Made by a program: the position numbers and the translations under genes. 64,000 nt of DNA, taken from contig JBCBGM010000010.1 in assembly GCA_038526735.1 (NCBI GenBank), positions 494 to 64,493 on the forward strand, given 5' to 3'. This DNA is from Pseudomonadota bacterium (GTDB taxonomy: Bacteria; Pseudomonadota; Alphaproteobacteria; Rhodobacterales; Rhodobacteraceae). The notes beneath the pieces are model-generated. The model was not told the origin of the DNA, did no database searches, and saw only the letters and a program-made list of their open reading frames with translations. Of this stretch, positions 42,447 through 52,797 are shown piece after piece (the first letter of the stretch is position 1; each line of letters begins with the position of its first letter).

Positions 42447-43580
42447 CTACCCCTCCGCCAAAGCCACCGCCACCAACGCTTCCCGTTCCAACGCAAACCC
42501 GCTCGCAACCCAGGCCTCCTCCGCAGCCTTCAAGGCAGCCCCGAGCGCAGGCCCCGGCTCCAGCGGAGGGCACAGATCCGCCGCTCTGACCGGCAACACC
42601 CGAGACGCCCCCACCTCCGCCAACGCAGCAACATCCGCGCCAACGCCACGCCGCAAAATCCCAGCCTCCAGCGTCGCCACGCGCAGCGCCGCCTTCGCGC
42701 CAAATCGATACGCCCGTTCCTCCACGCCAGCACCCAGCGCCCAAGCCGTCTCTGCCTGCGCAAACGCCCGCTCTTCCACCCCAGATAACCGCAACCGAGA
42801 CCTTTCGCCCCCCAGCGCCAAGGCCCGCACAAACCAATCCTGCGCCCCCCCTGCCCGCACGACCCAAGGCAACAACGCCACGTCAAACCCCGGCAGCACC
42901 TTCGCCAAGACACCATCCTCAGCCATCGCCACAACAGCCGCCAACGGGTCGCCCGCGCCCAAAAGCTTGCGCATCTCTTGCGTCACACGCTCTGCACTGA
43001 GCCCAGCCAAATCACCAACCCGCGCCGAAATTGCCGCCCGCGCCTCAGCATCCGCCTCCCCCACGCCATACTGCGCAAAGAACCGATAGAACCGCAGCAT
43101 CCGCAGCGCGTCCTCGCCAATCCGAGCAGCAGCATCGCCAATAAACCGCACCCTCCGCGCCTGCAGGTCCGCGAGCCCCGACAACGGGTCAATCACCGCG
43201 CCATCCTCCGCCGCATAAAGCGCATTCATCGTGAAATCGCGCCGCGCCGCATCTTCCGCGACATCTTGCGTAAAGGCGACCACCGCATGCCGCCCGTCCG
43301 TTTCGATATCCCGGCGAAAGGTCGTGACCTCATGCGCCACACCGCCAGAGACCACCGTGACCGTGCCATGGCTGAGGCCTGTGGGCACCGCCTTCAAACC
43401 CGCCGCCTCAACCCGCGCGATCACCTCCTCGGGCAGCAACGGTGTTGCGATGTCCACGTCTGACACCGGCACACCCAAGAGCGTATTGCGCACGCACCCG
43501 CCCACGAAAAACGCCTCACCAAGAGCCCGCATCACCGCGACGGTCTCTGCCCGCCGCAGCCACTCCGCGTCGAGTTTCAT
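42447..43580 (-). CDS. cca: CCA tRNA nucleotidyltransferase
   Basis: VGGCVRN, DVDIAT, EVTTFR, RRDFTMNAL, EDALRMLR. Confidence 0.94.
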   Translation of the reverse strand: MKLDAEWLRRAETVAVMRALGEAFFVGGCVRNTLLGVPVSDVDIATPLLPEEVIARVEAAGLKAVPTGLSHGTVTVVSGGVAHEVTTFRRDIETDGRHAVVAFTQDVAEDAARRDFTMNALYAAEDGAVIDPLSGLADLQARRVRFIGDAAARIGEDALRMLRFYRFFAQYGVGEADAEARAAISARVGDLAGLSAERVTQEMRKLLGAGDPLAAVVAMAEDGVLAKVLPGFDVALLPWVVRAGGAQDWFVRALALGGERSRLRLSGVEERAFAQAETAWALGAGVEERAYRFGAKAALRVATLEAGILRRGVGADVAALAEVGASRVLPVRAADLCPPLEPGPALGAALKAAEEAWVASGFALEREALVAVALAEG

Positions 43581-44179
43581 CGCATCACATCGGCGAACTG
43601 CCGCAGCATCCGCGCGGTCGCACCCCAAATGTAGTAAGGCCCATGCGGCACGACGTAGAACTTCCGCTCAATCCCGCGCCAGCGCCGCCGCCGCACATGA
43701 AACCGTGCCGGATCGAGGACGGAGGCCAGCGGCACCTCAAACATCTCCTCCACCTCCTGCGCCTCTAGCACTGGCACAAAGGGCGCGGCCGTCGCCACCA
43801 CCGGCGTGACCGAAAAACCGGTGACCGTTTCATGCGGCGGCAAGGTGCCCAGCACCTCCGCCCGCTCCAGCCCGACCTCTTCCCGCGCCTCACGCAGGGC
43901 CGCCGCAGCCGCATCCGCATCCTCCGGGTCACACTTGCCCCCCGGAAACGCAATCTGCCCCGGATGGTGGCGCAACGCAGACGAGCGCCGGGTCAGCACC
44001 ACCGTCGGGCCATCCGGGCGCGGCACCAGAGTGATCAACACCGCCGCCGGGCGCAGCACGCGGTTCTTCGGCAACAGGGCCACAGCGCCCGGGTTCAGGT
44101 CATAATCCGACGACGGATGCGCCTGCGCCCCCGCCAGCTTCGCTGCGATTTCGCCCGTATCGACCTTGCCTTGCACCAT
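43577..44179 (-). CDS. CoA pyrophosphatase (Nudix)
   Basis: RPAAVL, LTRRS..LRHHPGQIAFPGG, ALREAREEVG, IWGATA. Confidence 0.94.
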   Translation of the reverse strand: MVQGKVDTGEIAAKLAGAQAHPSSDYDLNPGAVALLPKNRVLRPAAVLITLVPRPDGPTVVLTRRSSALRHHPGQIAFPGGKCDPEDADAAAAALREAREEVGLERAEVLGTLPPHETVTGFSVTPVVATAAPFVPVLEAQEVEEMFEVPLASVLDPARFHVRRRRWRGIERKFYVVPHGPYYIWGATARMLRQFADVMR

Positions 44180-44225
44180 CTTTTTGATGTGGCGTATGGT
44201 GCGGCGCTGCACAAGGGATACCGCA

Positions 44226-44645
44226 ATGCAAAAGGCGCTTCTGCCCGCCGGGATGGCGATACTGCTCACAGCCTCTGCCGCTGTTGGGCAAACCGCCGTG
44301 GTCTCTCTGCTCGACGCCCAGCATGGCGCTGCCAAAACCCTCGCCGAGGAGGTCGGTAGCGGCAGCGTGGGCCTTGGCTGCGCGCAACTCGGCATCGGGC
44401 CGGAAGGGTATCTCCGCACCACCCCGCTCTCTCAAACCCAATGCACCACCCCTGCGCCGCAAGGCTGGGAGGTCACCGCCACGATCGAAAGCATCGGCAC
44501 AGAAAACCCGCTCGAGGGTGCCCTTGCCCGAGCTGTTCGCGCGGGGCAGGATACCTACCTGATCACACCGGAGGGGCGGGTTTGGTTTCTCGACGCATTC
44601 GCGGCCACGCAATCGCTCTTATGTGGGCCGGCCTGCTCTCCCTGA
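44226..44645 (+). CDS. Secreted DUF4329-like paralog lacking the HxH motif
   Basis: Shares YLITPEGRVWFLD..LCGPAC with the downstream gene. Confidence 0.6.
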   Translation: MQKALLPAGMAILLTASAAVGQTAVVSLLDAQHGAAKTLAEEVGSGSVGLGCAQLGIGPEGYLRTTPLSQTQCTTPAPQGWEVTATIESIGTENPLEGALARAVRAGQDTYLITPEGRVWFLDAFAATQSLLCGPACSP

Positions 44646-45139
44646 GTGCCGCCGCCGCCCCGGCGCAAACCGCTGAGCTCAAACGCCAACACCTGCTGGC
44701 CCTGCAAACGCTGAACGCGCTACAAAAACGCTCGATCAACGAGAACCGGGAGTATTGCGGGATCATTGTGCGCGATGACGACGGCACCCTGCGCGTCTGG
44801 CGCGTGGTGCCGGGGGCAGAGGCCAGCTGCGCCGTCCCCCGCCCGCCCGAAGACCTCAACTCCGTCGCCGCCTTCCACACCCACGGCTCCCACTCCCCGC
44901 GCTACGACGCCGAAGTGCCCTCGACCAACGACCTGCGCGTGGAATTTCGGCGAGACACCTACGGCTACGTCTCCACCCCCGGCGGACGCGTCTGGTTCAT
45001 AGACCCCAACTTCCGCCGCGCCACATTGTTTTGCGGCAGAGGCTGCGTGGTAAGCGACCCCACCTACAACCCCCGGCACACCGAGCCGATAGACACCCTC
45101 TACACCCTGCGTACCCTTACGGCACGGCAGGGGCGGTGA
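44621..45139 (+). CDS. DUF4329-domain protein (JAB/MPN-like motif)
   Basis: NREYCG, AAFHTHG, YDAEVPSTND, YVSTPGGRVWF; start uncertain. Confidence 0.8.
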   Translation: MWAGLLSLSAAAAPAQTAELKRQHLLALQTLNALQKRSINENREYCGIIVRDDDGTLRVWRVVPGAEASCAVPRPPEDLNSVAAFHTHGSHSPRYDAEVPSTNDLRVEFRRDTYGYVSTPGGRVWFIDPNFRRATLFCGRGCVVSDPTYNPRHTEPIDTLYTLRTLTARQGR

Positions 45140-45227
45140 GAGAATAACGCTCACCGTAAAATCCGCAGTGTGGCTGAGCAGTAAAGGTTGTATGAAGAAT
45201 ACTAAAAATCAGGTTGGGAATTGTAGT

Positions 45228-45278
45228 ATTGTTCGCTGTTGACACGTGGGTAAGTCGGTCTCCATCTTAGCGAACAAT
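45228..45278 (+). promoter_or_regulatory. Promoter of the DUF3800 gene bracketed by a 10-bp inverted repeat
   Basis: ATTGTTCGCT (45228) ... AGCGAACAAT (45269-45278); TTGACA at 45239. Confidence 0.55.
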
Positions 45279-46026
45279 GTATATCTGCTTCATAGACGAG
45301 TCAGGGACACCACCCAAACCAACTGCAACTAACCCAACGCCGTTTTGGGTTTTGGCGGGCGTCATCATCCACGAGGCTCAGTGGAAGAATATTGCAGATG
45401 AGCTGGTAGCACTGAAGCATCGCTATCGGGTGAGAGGCGAAATAAAGTGGCGATATTTCGGTCCTCACAACAACGATCCTGACAACAGCGTTGCCCACCT
45501 TGATCAGTCGAAGCGTGATGATTTTCGACAAAAGATGTATGAAATCCTGACCAAGCGAAACAGCACAAAAATCATATATTCAGTCTGCGCACCAAAGCTC
45601 GCATACGAGAAACCGTGGATTAACACACAAGCAGATCTCTACTTTCAAACCTACAAACCCTCAAGTGAGCGATTTCAGTACTTCCTCCAAGACATGGGAA
45701 GAGAGGTAGGAACTACGCAAAGAGGTATAGTTGTTGCTGACCATCAGGGGCGAAAACAGGATGACACGCTCAGAAAGCAACATGATCGAATGGTCGGGGA
45801 AGATGCTGCATTCACGTCAAGCTTTGGTAATTACGTCGAGACGATCTTTCTCACGCCGTCGCACCATTCACCCGGCATCCAATTCGCCGACATGGTGGCC
45901 GGCGCAATTGGCCGTAAAGTTATAACCAACGAGAGCAGATTCTACGATTTGCTGTCCAAGTCATTTCGAAGATCGGCGACCGGTAAGCTTCGAGGGTACG
46001 GAGAAATCCATGTGCCAAACAGTTAG
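45277..46026 (+). CDS. DUF3800-domain protein
   Basis: MYICFIDESG, GEIKW, SPGIQFADMVAGAI; AT-richer islet. Confidence 0.88.
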   Translation: MYICFIDESGTPPKPTATNPTPFWVLAGVIIHEAQWKNIADELVALKHRYRVRGEIKWRYFGPHNNDPDNSVAHLDQSKRDDFRQKMYEILTKRNSTKIIYSVCAPKLAYEKPWINTQADLYFQTYKPSSERFQYFLQDMGREVGTTQRGIVVADHQGRKQDDTLRKQHDRMVGEDAAFTSSFGNYVETIFLTPSHHSPGIQFADMVAGAIGRKVITNESRFYDLLSKSFRRSATGKLRGYGEIHVPNS

Positions 46027-46079
46027 TCGCCGGGTGGGGTTTTTGACGCCCCAGATGCTTTTCGACACATCCCCGGCAC
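46027..46079 (-). ncRNA. Candidate DUF3800-associated three-way-junction RNA, convergent to the gene
   Basis: P1 GCCGGG/CCCGGC enclosing GAUGU/GCAUC and UGGGG/CCCCA stems, about 6 nt downstream of a promoter-like -10. Confidence 0.6.
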
Positions 46080-46084
46080 TGCTT

Positions 46085-46113
46085 ATAGTAGTTTCATATG
46101 TGCGATTTTTCAA
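46085..46113 (-). promoter_or_regulatory. Sigma70-like promoter pointing back at the DUF3800 gene
   Basis: TTGAAA (46113-46108) - 17 nt - TACTAT (46090-46085). Confidence 0.7.
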
Positions 46114-46241
46114 GAGATTCAACGAGTTGAGACCATAGGAGGTTGCGTAACGATTGTAGCTTCTAAGATATTGATCCAACGATATTTCTTCAGGACGCAG
46201 GGATTTGCACATGCACACAAAGCGCTTTTGCGGCCCACCCC

Positions 46242-46279
46242 AAAAAAAGGCTCCGCCGGATCCCCCCGGGCGGAGCCTT
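46242..46279 (-). terminator. Intrinsic terminator after ccrM
   Basis: AAGGCTCCGCC...GGCGGAGCCTT followed by a T-run on the minus strand. Confidence 0.85.
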
Positions 46280-46346
46280 AGTGGTTGGCCGCAGGCCAAC
46301 CGGGCAGTCTGGTAGAAACTGTTCCCCCGAACCGGAACTGCCTGCC

Positions 46347-47510
<1,164 letters not shown>

Positions 47511-47548
47511 TCAATTATTATTTTGAATCAGTGGGTTATTATTCTTTC

Positions 47549-48142
47549 TTAAACCAACATCTTGTGTATGGGCGCAAAGCTGCGCCGATGATGTTGTGTC
47601 ACCCCATGGCTGCGCAGGGCCGCCAAATGCGCGGCGGTGGCATAGCCTGCGTTACGCTCCCAGCCATATCCGGGGTGGGTTTTGGCCAGTTCCGCCATGA
47701 AACGATCGCGCGTGACCTTGGCGATGATCGAGGCCGCCGCGATCGAGGCGGACCGCCCATCCCCCTTCACCACCGCCTCCGCCGGGCAGGGCAGGCCTGC
47801 GGGCACCTTGTCGCCGTCGATCAGCGCAAAGGCCGGAGGAATGGGCAACGCCGCCACCGCCCGCCGCATCGCCAGAAAACTAGCCTGAAGGATGTTAAAC
47901 TGGTCAATCTCGGCGACCGAAGCCTCCCCAATCCCCACCTGCGCGCTCTGCATGATCGCCGCAAACGCCACCTCCCGCCGCTTGGCGGAGAGCTTCTTGG
48001 AGTCGTCCAGACCAGGCGGCACAGCCCCCGGATCAAGGATCACCGCCGCCGCCACCACAGGGCCCGCCAACGGCCCCCGCCCGACCTCATCCACCCCGCA
48101 CACCGGAGCGGGGTGAAGCGCTTCGAGCGAGAGGTCAGGCAA
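47549..48142 (-). CDS. rnhB: Ribonuclease HII
   Basis: [41 protein letters not shown]. Confidence 0.97.
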   Translation of the reverse strand: MPDLSLEALHPAPVCGVDEVGRGPLAGPVVAAAVILDPGAVPPGLDDSKKLSAKRREVAFAAIMQSAQVGIGEASVAEIDQFNILQASFLAMRRAVAALPIPPAFALIDGDKVPAGLPCPAEAVVKGDGRSASIAAASIIAKVTRDRFMAELAKTHPGYGWERNAGYATAAHLAALRSHGVTQHHRRSFAPIHKMLV

Positions 48143-48196
48143 GGGCTTGACGGAAGGGGAAGTCCTCCCTCGGAAAAGGACTTACGGTCCGTCCCC

Positions 48197-48796
48197 GCCC
48201 CGGACCTGCTCCGGGGCCTCGCTGAATTATGCCCCACAAAAGGCCGCGCCGGCCCTGGGGCGGGCGCGTCGCAAGCTCCGAGCAAGTCGCTTTATCCCTC
48301 AAAACCGCACGACCTTGCCACAATGAAAGACGTTGCAATGTGCCTGCCCAATGGGCAGGGCAGGCGCGGCCGGGGGCTGGTCGCCCCCGCCCAAACTGCA
48401 CCCCAGACCTGATCTGGGGCCTTGATAAAGAAAGCACCACAGGAGAACGCGCCCTCCCATGCGGGAGGGAGGGCGCCACCGGATGCTGGTCGCATCCGGT
48501 GCACCAGGAAAACAACCTCAGACTATGCCGCGAACCTGATACAGAGCCTCTCCGGGCAGCACACCATAAAAGGCCGCGCCGGCCCTGGGGCGGGCGCTTC
48601 GCAACAAAATGGCAGCGCAGTTTATCTCTCAAAACCGCACGACCTCAGCACAATGGCCAACGTCGCAAAGCGCCTGCCCAAGGGGCAGGGCAGGCGCGGC
48701 CGGGGGCTGGTCGCCCCCGTCAAAGCATCTTCGCCCCGGACCTGATCCGGGGCCTCGTTGCGCAATTCTTCGAGACCCCGGGTCACGCCCGGGGCG
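48197..48796. repeat. Cluster of REP-like palindromes and a tandemly duplicated hairpin module (330-bp period)
   Basis: 48241-48389 is similar to 48571-48719; REP copies at 48197, 48400, ~48527 (degenerate), 48733 and inverted at 48772. Confidence 0.88.
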
Positions 48797-48804
48797 CATA
48801 TCCC

Positions 48805-50259
48805 TCAAACCCCGCCCATGCAGAGATACTTCAGCTCCAGGAAGTCCTCGACGCCGTACTTAGACCCTTCACGCCCCAACCCGGACTGTTTCACCCCGCC
48901 AAACGGTGCCACCTGCGTCGAGATCAGGCCGGTGTTCAGCCCCACAATCCCATACTCCAGCGCCTCACCGACGCGCCATACCCGGCCAATATCCCGCGTG
49001 TAGTAATACGCCGCCAGCCCGAACTCCGTGTCATTGGCCATCGCCACGACCTCGTCCTCGGTCTCGAATTTAAAGAGCGGCGCAACCGGCCCAAACGTCT
49101 CCTCCCGCGCGACCTTCATCTCTTGCGTCACACCCGTCAGCACGGTCGGGGTGAAATAGGTCCGCCCCAGCGGCGACGCCTCCCCGCCAACCAAGACCTG
49201 CGCACCCTTCGCGGTCGCGTCAGCCAGATGCTCCTCCACCTTCGCCAAGCCCGCCTCAGAGATCAGCGGCCCGATCGTTACGCCCTCGTCCGTCCCTGGC
49301 CCGACCTTCAGCTTGGAAACCTCTGCCGCCAGCTTCTCCGCAAACGCGTCATAGACACCCGCCTGCACGTAAATCCGGTTCGCACACACGCAGGTCTGCC
49401 CCGCATTGCGGTACTTAGAGACCATCGCCCCCTCAACCGCCGCATCGAGATCGGCGTCGTCGAACACGATGAACGGCGCGTTGCCGCCCAGCTCCAGGCT
49501 CACCTTTTTGATGTCGCCCGCGCATTGCTGCATCAAGATCCGGCCCACCCGCGTTGACCCGGTGAAGGTGATCTTGCGCACCTTTTGGTTCTCGCACAGC
49601 TCCTTACCCATCGCAGAGGCATCCGCCCCCGTCACCACGTTGAACACCCCCGGAGGAAAGCCCGCCTCCTCCGCCAGCACCGCCAGCGCCGTGGCCGACA
49701 AGGGCGACAGCTCCGCAGGTCGCGCCACCACCGAGCAGCCCACCGCCAGCGCCGGAGAAACCTTGCGCGTGATCATTGCCACCGGAAAATTCCACGGCGT
49801 GATCGAGCCCACGACACCCACGGGTTGCTTCAACACCACGATCCGCTTGTCCGGCTGCTGTTGGGGGATCGTGTCACCGTAAATCCGCGGCGCTTCATGG
49901 GCGAACCACTCGATGAAAGAGGCGCCATAGGCCACCTCGCCCTTCGCCTCCGCATAGGGCTTGCCCATCTCGGCGGTGATGATCGAGGCGAGATCATCGG
50001 CATGCGCCATAATGAGCTCATACCAGCGCAGCAAAATCTTCTGCCGCTCCGCCGCCATCATCGCGGCCCAACCCTTTTGCGCCTCATAGGCGACGTCCAC
50101 CGCCCGCGCGACCTCGGCCCGGCCACAATCGGCGACCTTCGTGACCACATCGCCAGTCGCGGGGTTCAGCACATCAAACGTGCCGCCCGCATCCGCATCC
50201 ACCCAAGTGCCGCCGATATAGGACTGCCCCGTCATCAGGCGCGATTGTGTGAGTTTCAT
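48805..50259 (-). CDS. gabD: NAD(P)-dependent succinate-semialdehyde dehydrogenase
   Basis: ITPWNFP, FTGST, ELGGNAP, RNAGQTCVCAN, EETFGP, PFGGVKQSG. Confidence 0.93.
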   Translation of the reverse strand: MKLTQSRLMTGQSYIGGTWVDADAGGTFDVLNPATGDVVTKVADCGRAEVARAVDVAYEAQKGWAAMMAAERQKILLRWYELIMAHADDLASIITAEMGKPYAEAKGEVAYGASFIEWFAHEAPRIYGDTIPQQQPDKRIVVLKQPVGVVGSITPWNFPVAMITRKVSPALAVGCSVVARPAELSPLSATALAVLAEEAGFPPGVFNVVTGADASAMGKELCENQKVRKITFTGSTRVGRILMQQCAGDIKKVSLELGGNAPFIVFDDADLDAAVEGAMVSKYRNAGQTCVCANRIYVQAGVYDAFAEKLAAEVSKLKVGPGTDEGVTIGPLISEAGLAKVEEHLADATAKGAQVLVGGEASPLGRTYFTPTVLTGVTQEMKVAREETFGPVAPLFKFETEDEVVAMANDTEFGLAAYYYTRDIGRVWRVGEALEYGIVGLNTGLISTQVAPFGGVKQSGLGREGSKYGVEDFLELKYLCMGGV

Positions 50260-50287
50260 GGTATCTCTCCCCGTTCAGCGCCGCTTT

Positions 50288-50473
50288 TTAAAAGTCGGTC
50301 GCGATCCCTTTCTTCTCCCAATCGCCAAAGCGGATCGGCTCCGGCCCATCCCGGCCCCCGAGCTCTTTGGGCAAATTGAGAGGTTTGGCCTTCGCACGCC
50401 GCGCTTCCGCCTCTTTCAGCGCGCGCTTGGCGGCATCTGCAATGCGATCCTGCTTGTCTTGCTCATCGGTCAT
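50288..50473 (-). CDS. DUF1674 (SDHAF4-like) protein
   Basis: ELGGRDGPEPIRFGDWEKKG. Confidence 0.9.
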   Translation of the reverse strand: MTDEQDKQDRIADAAKRALKEAEARRAKAKPLNLPKELGGRDGPEPIRFGDWEKKGIATDF

Positions 50474-50605
50474 ATCAAGCTCCTCAGCACGTGACAGAGA
50501 TATGCGCCCCAACGCCCAGCCCGCAAGGCCGGACACTCTTTACAGGTATAATCTTCCCGCCCCGCGCGGCTTTCCCTATATACTGCGCCAAAGCCTGAGG
50601 GACCG

Positions 50606-51544
50606 ATGAACTACGCCAAAACCATGCTTCTGCTCGCCGCACTCACTGCCTTTTTCATGGTGGTGGGGTATCTCATTGCGGGCGGCATCGGTTCTTTCCT
50701 CGCCCTGATCGTCGCCATGGGCCTCAACGCCTATGCCTGGTGGAACTCCGATAAGATGGCGCTGCGGATGCACAACGCCCGCGCCGTCACCCGGCAATCC
50801 CACCCCGATCTCTACCAAATGCTCGATGAGCAAACCGCCCGCGCGGGCCTGCCGATGCCTGCGGTCTATGTCATCGATGAGGATCAGCCCAACGCCTTTG
50901 CGACCGGGCGCGACCCCTCCAACGCCGCCGTCGCGGCGACCACGGGCCTCTTGCGAATGCTGAGCAAAGAAGAGGTTGCGGGCGTCATGGCGCATGAGCT
51001 CGCACACATCCAAAACCGCGACACGCTGATCATGACCGTCGCGGCGACCATCGCCGGGGCGATTTCCTTCCTCGCACAATACGGCCTGATCTTCAGCTAC
51101 GGCCGCCACCGCAACGCGGTCACCGGCATCCTCGCCATTCTCGCCGTCTTCCTCGCCCCACTCGCCGCAATGCTCATCCAGATGCTCATCTCGCGCACCC
51201 GCGAATACGCCGCCGACCGCCGCGGGGCAGAGATCTGTGGCAACCCGCTTTGGCTTGCATCCGCGCTGCAACGCCTGCAAAGCGGCGTGCGCGGGCGCGA
51301 TATGATGAGCGCCGAAGAGCACCCCGCGACGGCGCATATGTTCATCGTGAACCCGCTGTCTGGCAAAGGAACCGACAACCTGTTCTCCACACACCCCAAC
51401 ATGGACAACCGCGTCGCCGCCCTCACCGAGATGGCGCAAGAGATGGGCATAGCGAGCCGCGCCAGCGCACCCGCAGCCCCCATCTCCGCCGCGAACTCCA
51501 CCGCTAAACGCAGCTCCGTCCCGCTGATCCGGCGGCGTAAATGA
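50606..51544 (+). CDS. htpX: Zinc metalloprotease HtpX
   Basis: [28 protein letters not shown]. Confidence 0.96.
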   Translation: MNYAKTMLLLAALTAFFMVVGYLIAGGIGSFLALIVAMGLNAYAWWNSDKMALRMHNARAVTRQSHPDLYQMLDEQTARAGLPMPAVYVIDEDQPNAFATGRDPSNAAVAATTGLLRMLSKEEVAGVMAHELAHIQNRDTLIMTVAATIAGAISFLAQYGLIFSYGRHRNAVTGILAILAVFLAPLAAMLIQMLISRTREYAADRRGAEICGNPLWLASALQRLQSGVRGRDMMSAEEHPATAHMFIVNPLSGKGTDNLFSTHPNMDNRVAALTEMAQEMGIASRASAPAAPISAANSTAKRSSVPLIRRRK

Positions 51545-52782
51545 AGCCGCCCACCGCGCGCGCCCTCGCCGCGCATCTAGTCTTTGACGTGCTGGCAAAC
51601 GACCGGATGCTCGGCCCCGAGCATCCCGCTCTCGAAGACGCAGAGCCGCAAATCCGCGCCCGCGCCCTCTCGCTCGCGCGCCGCACGCTCAAGCACCTCC
51701 CCAACCTGGACCTCTGCCTCAAACCCTACCTCCGCCGCGCGCCGCAACCGACCGTGCACGCGATCATGCGCATCGCGGTGACAGAGCTCCTGATCGAAGA
51801 AACCCCCGCCCACGCAGTCGTCTCAGAGGCTGTCTCCACCACCAGCCGCGTCGACGGCGGCAAAAGCGCCACCGGCCTCGTCAACGCCGTCCTGCGCAAA
51901 GTCGCTGACGAGGGGCCCGCCCGCCTCGCGAGCCTGCCACCCCCGCGACTGCCCGGCTGGCTGCGCGGCCGCCTGCAAAACGCCTACGGCGACCCCGCCA
52001 CCCGCGCGATGGAAGCGCTCTTCGCCCAAGACGCCCCCACTGACCTCACCCTCAAACCCGGCGCGACACCGCCCGAGGGCACAGCACTTCCCAACGGCAG
52101 CCTGCGCCTCCACGGCACCCCAATGATCTCCAAGCTCCCGGGCTACACGAACGGAGACTTCTGGGTCCAAGACGCCGCCGCCGCCTGCGCCGTGCAAACG
52201 CTCGGAGACGTCAAAGGCAAACGCGTGCTCGACCTCTGCGCGGCCCCCGGCGGCAAAACCCTGCAACTCGCCGCCGCTGGCGCAAACGTCACCGCCCTCG
52301 ACATCTCAGAGCAGCGCCTCACCCGCCTCAATGAGAACCTCCAGCGCACCGGCCTCGATGCCGAGACGATCTGCGCCGACGCCCTCACGTGGCAGCCCGA
52401 CACGCCGTTTGACGCCATCGTCCTCGATGCCCCCTGTTCCGCCACCGGCACGCTGCGCCGCCACCCAGACCTACCCTACCTGCGCGACGGCAGCGCGATC
52501 CGCGACCTCGCCAAACTGCAAGCGAGCCTCCTCGCCCGCGCCGCCACCTGGCTCGCCCCCGGCGGGCAACTCCTCTACATCACCTGCTCGCTCCTCCCCG
52601 AAGAGGGCGAGGCGCATCTCGCAGACGCCCCCCTCCCACTCAAACCCATCGACCCAAGCCCCCTCGGCGGCGACAGCACCTGGCAAACCCCCGAAGGCGC
52701 CCTCCGCCTCCGCCCCGACTTCTGGGCCGAGCACGGCGGGATGGATGGCTTCTTTATCGCCCTGTTCCAGCGCCCCGCCTGA
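51541..52782 (+). CDS. rsmB: RsmB/NOP-family rRNA m5C methyltransferase
   Basis: NusB-like N-terminus, [28 protein letters not shown]. Confidence 0.9.
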   Translation: MKPPTARALAAHLVFDVLANDRMLGPEHPALEDAEPQIRARALSLARRTLKHLPNLDLCLKPYLRRAPQPTVHAIMRIAVTELLIEETPAHAVVSEAVSTTSRVDGGKSATGLVNAVLRKVADEGPARLASLPPPRLPGWLRGRLQNAYGDPATRAMEALFAQDAPTDLTLKPGATPPEGTALPNGSLRLHGTPMISKLPGYTNGDFWVQDAAAACAVQTLGDVKGKRVLDLCAAPGGKTLQLAAAGANVTALDISEQRLTRLNENLQRTGLDAETICADALTWQPDTPFDAIVLDAPCSATGTLRRHPDLPYLRDGSAIRDLAKLQASLLARAATWLAPGGQLLYITCSLLPEEGEAHLADAPLPLKPIDPSPLGGDSTWQTPEGALRLRPDFWAEHGGMDGFFIALFQRPA

Positions 52783-52797
52783 CGTTACTCTGCCCCC

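Noticed and set aside
47530-47555. CtrA box upstream of ccrM
   Set aside because: Only one TTAA half-site matches and the second is poor, so it is not called.
48197-48796. Possible CRISPR array
   Set aside because: The repeats are long GC-rich palindromes with irregular spacing and related spacers, and no cas genes are present.
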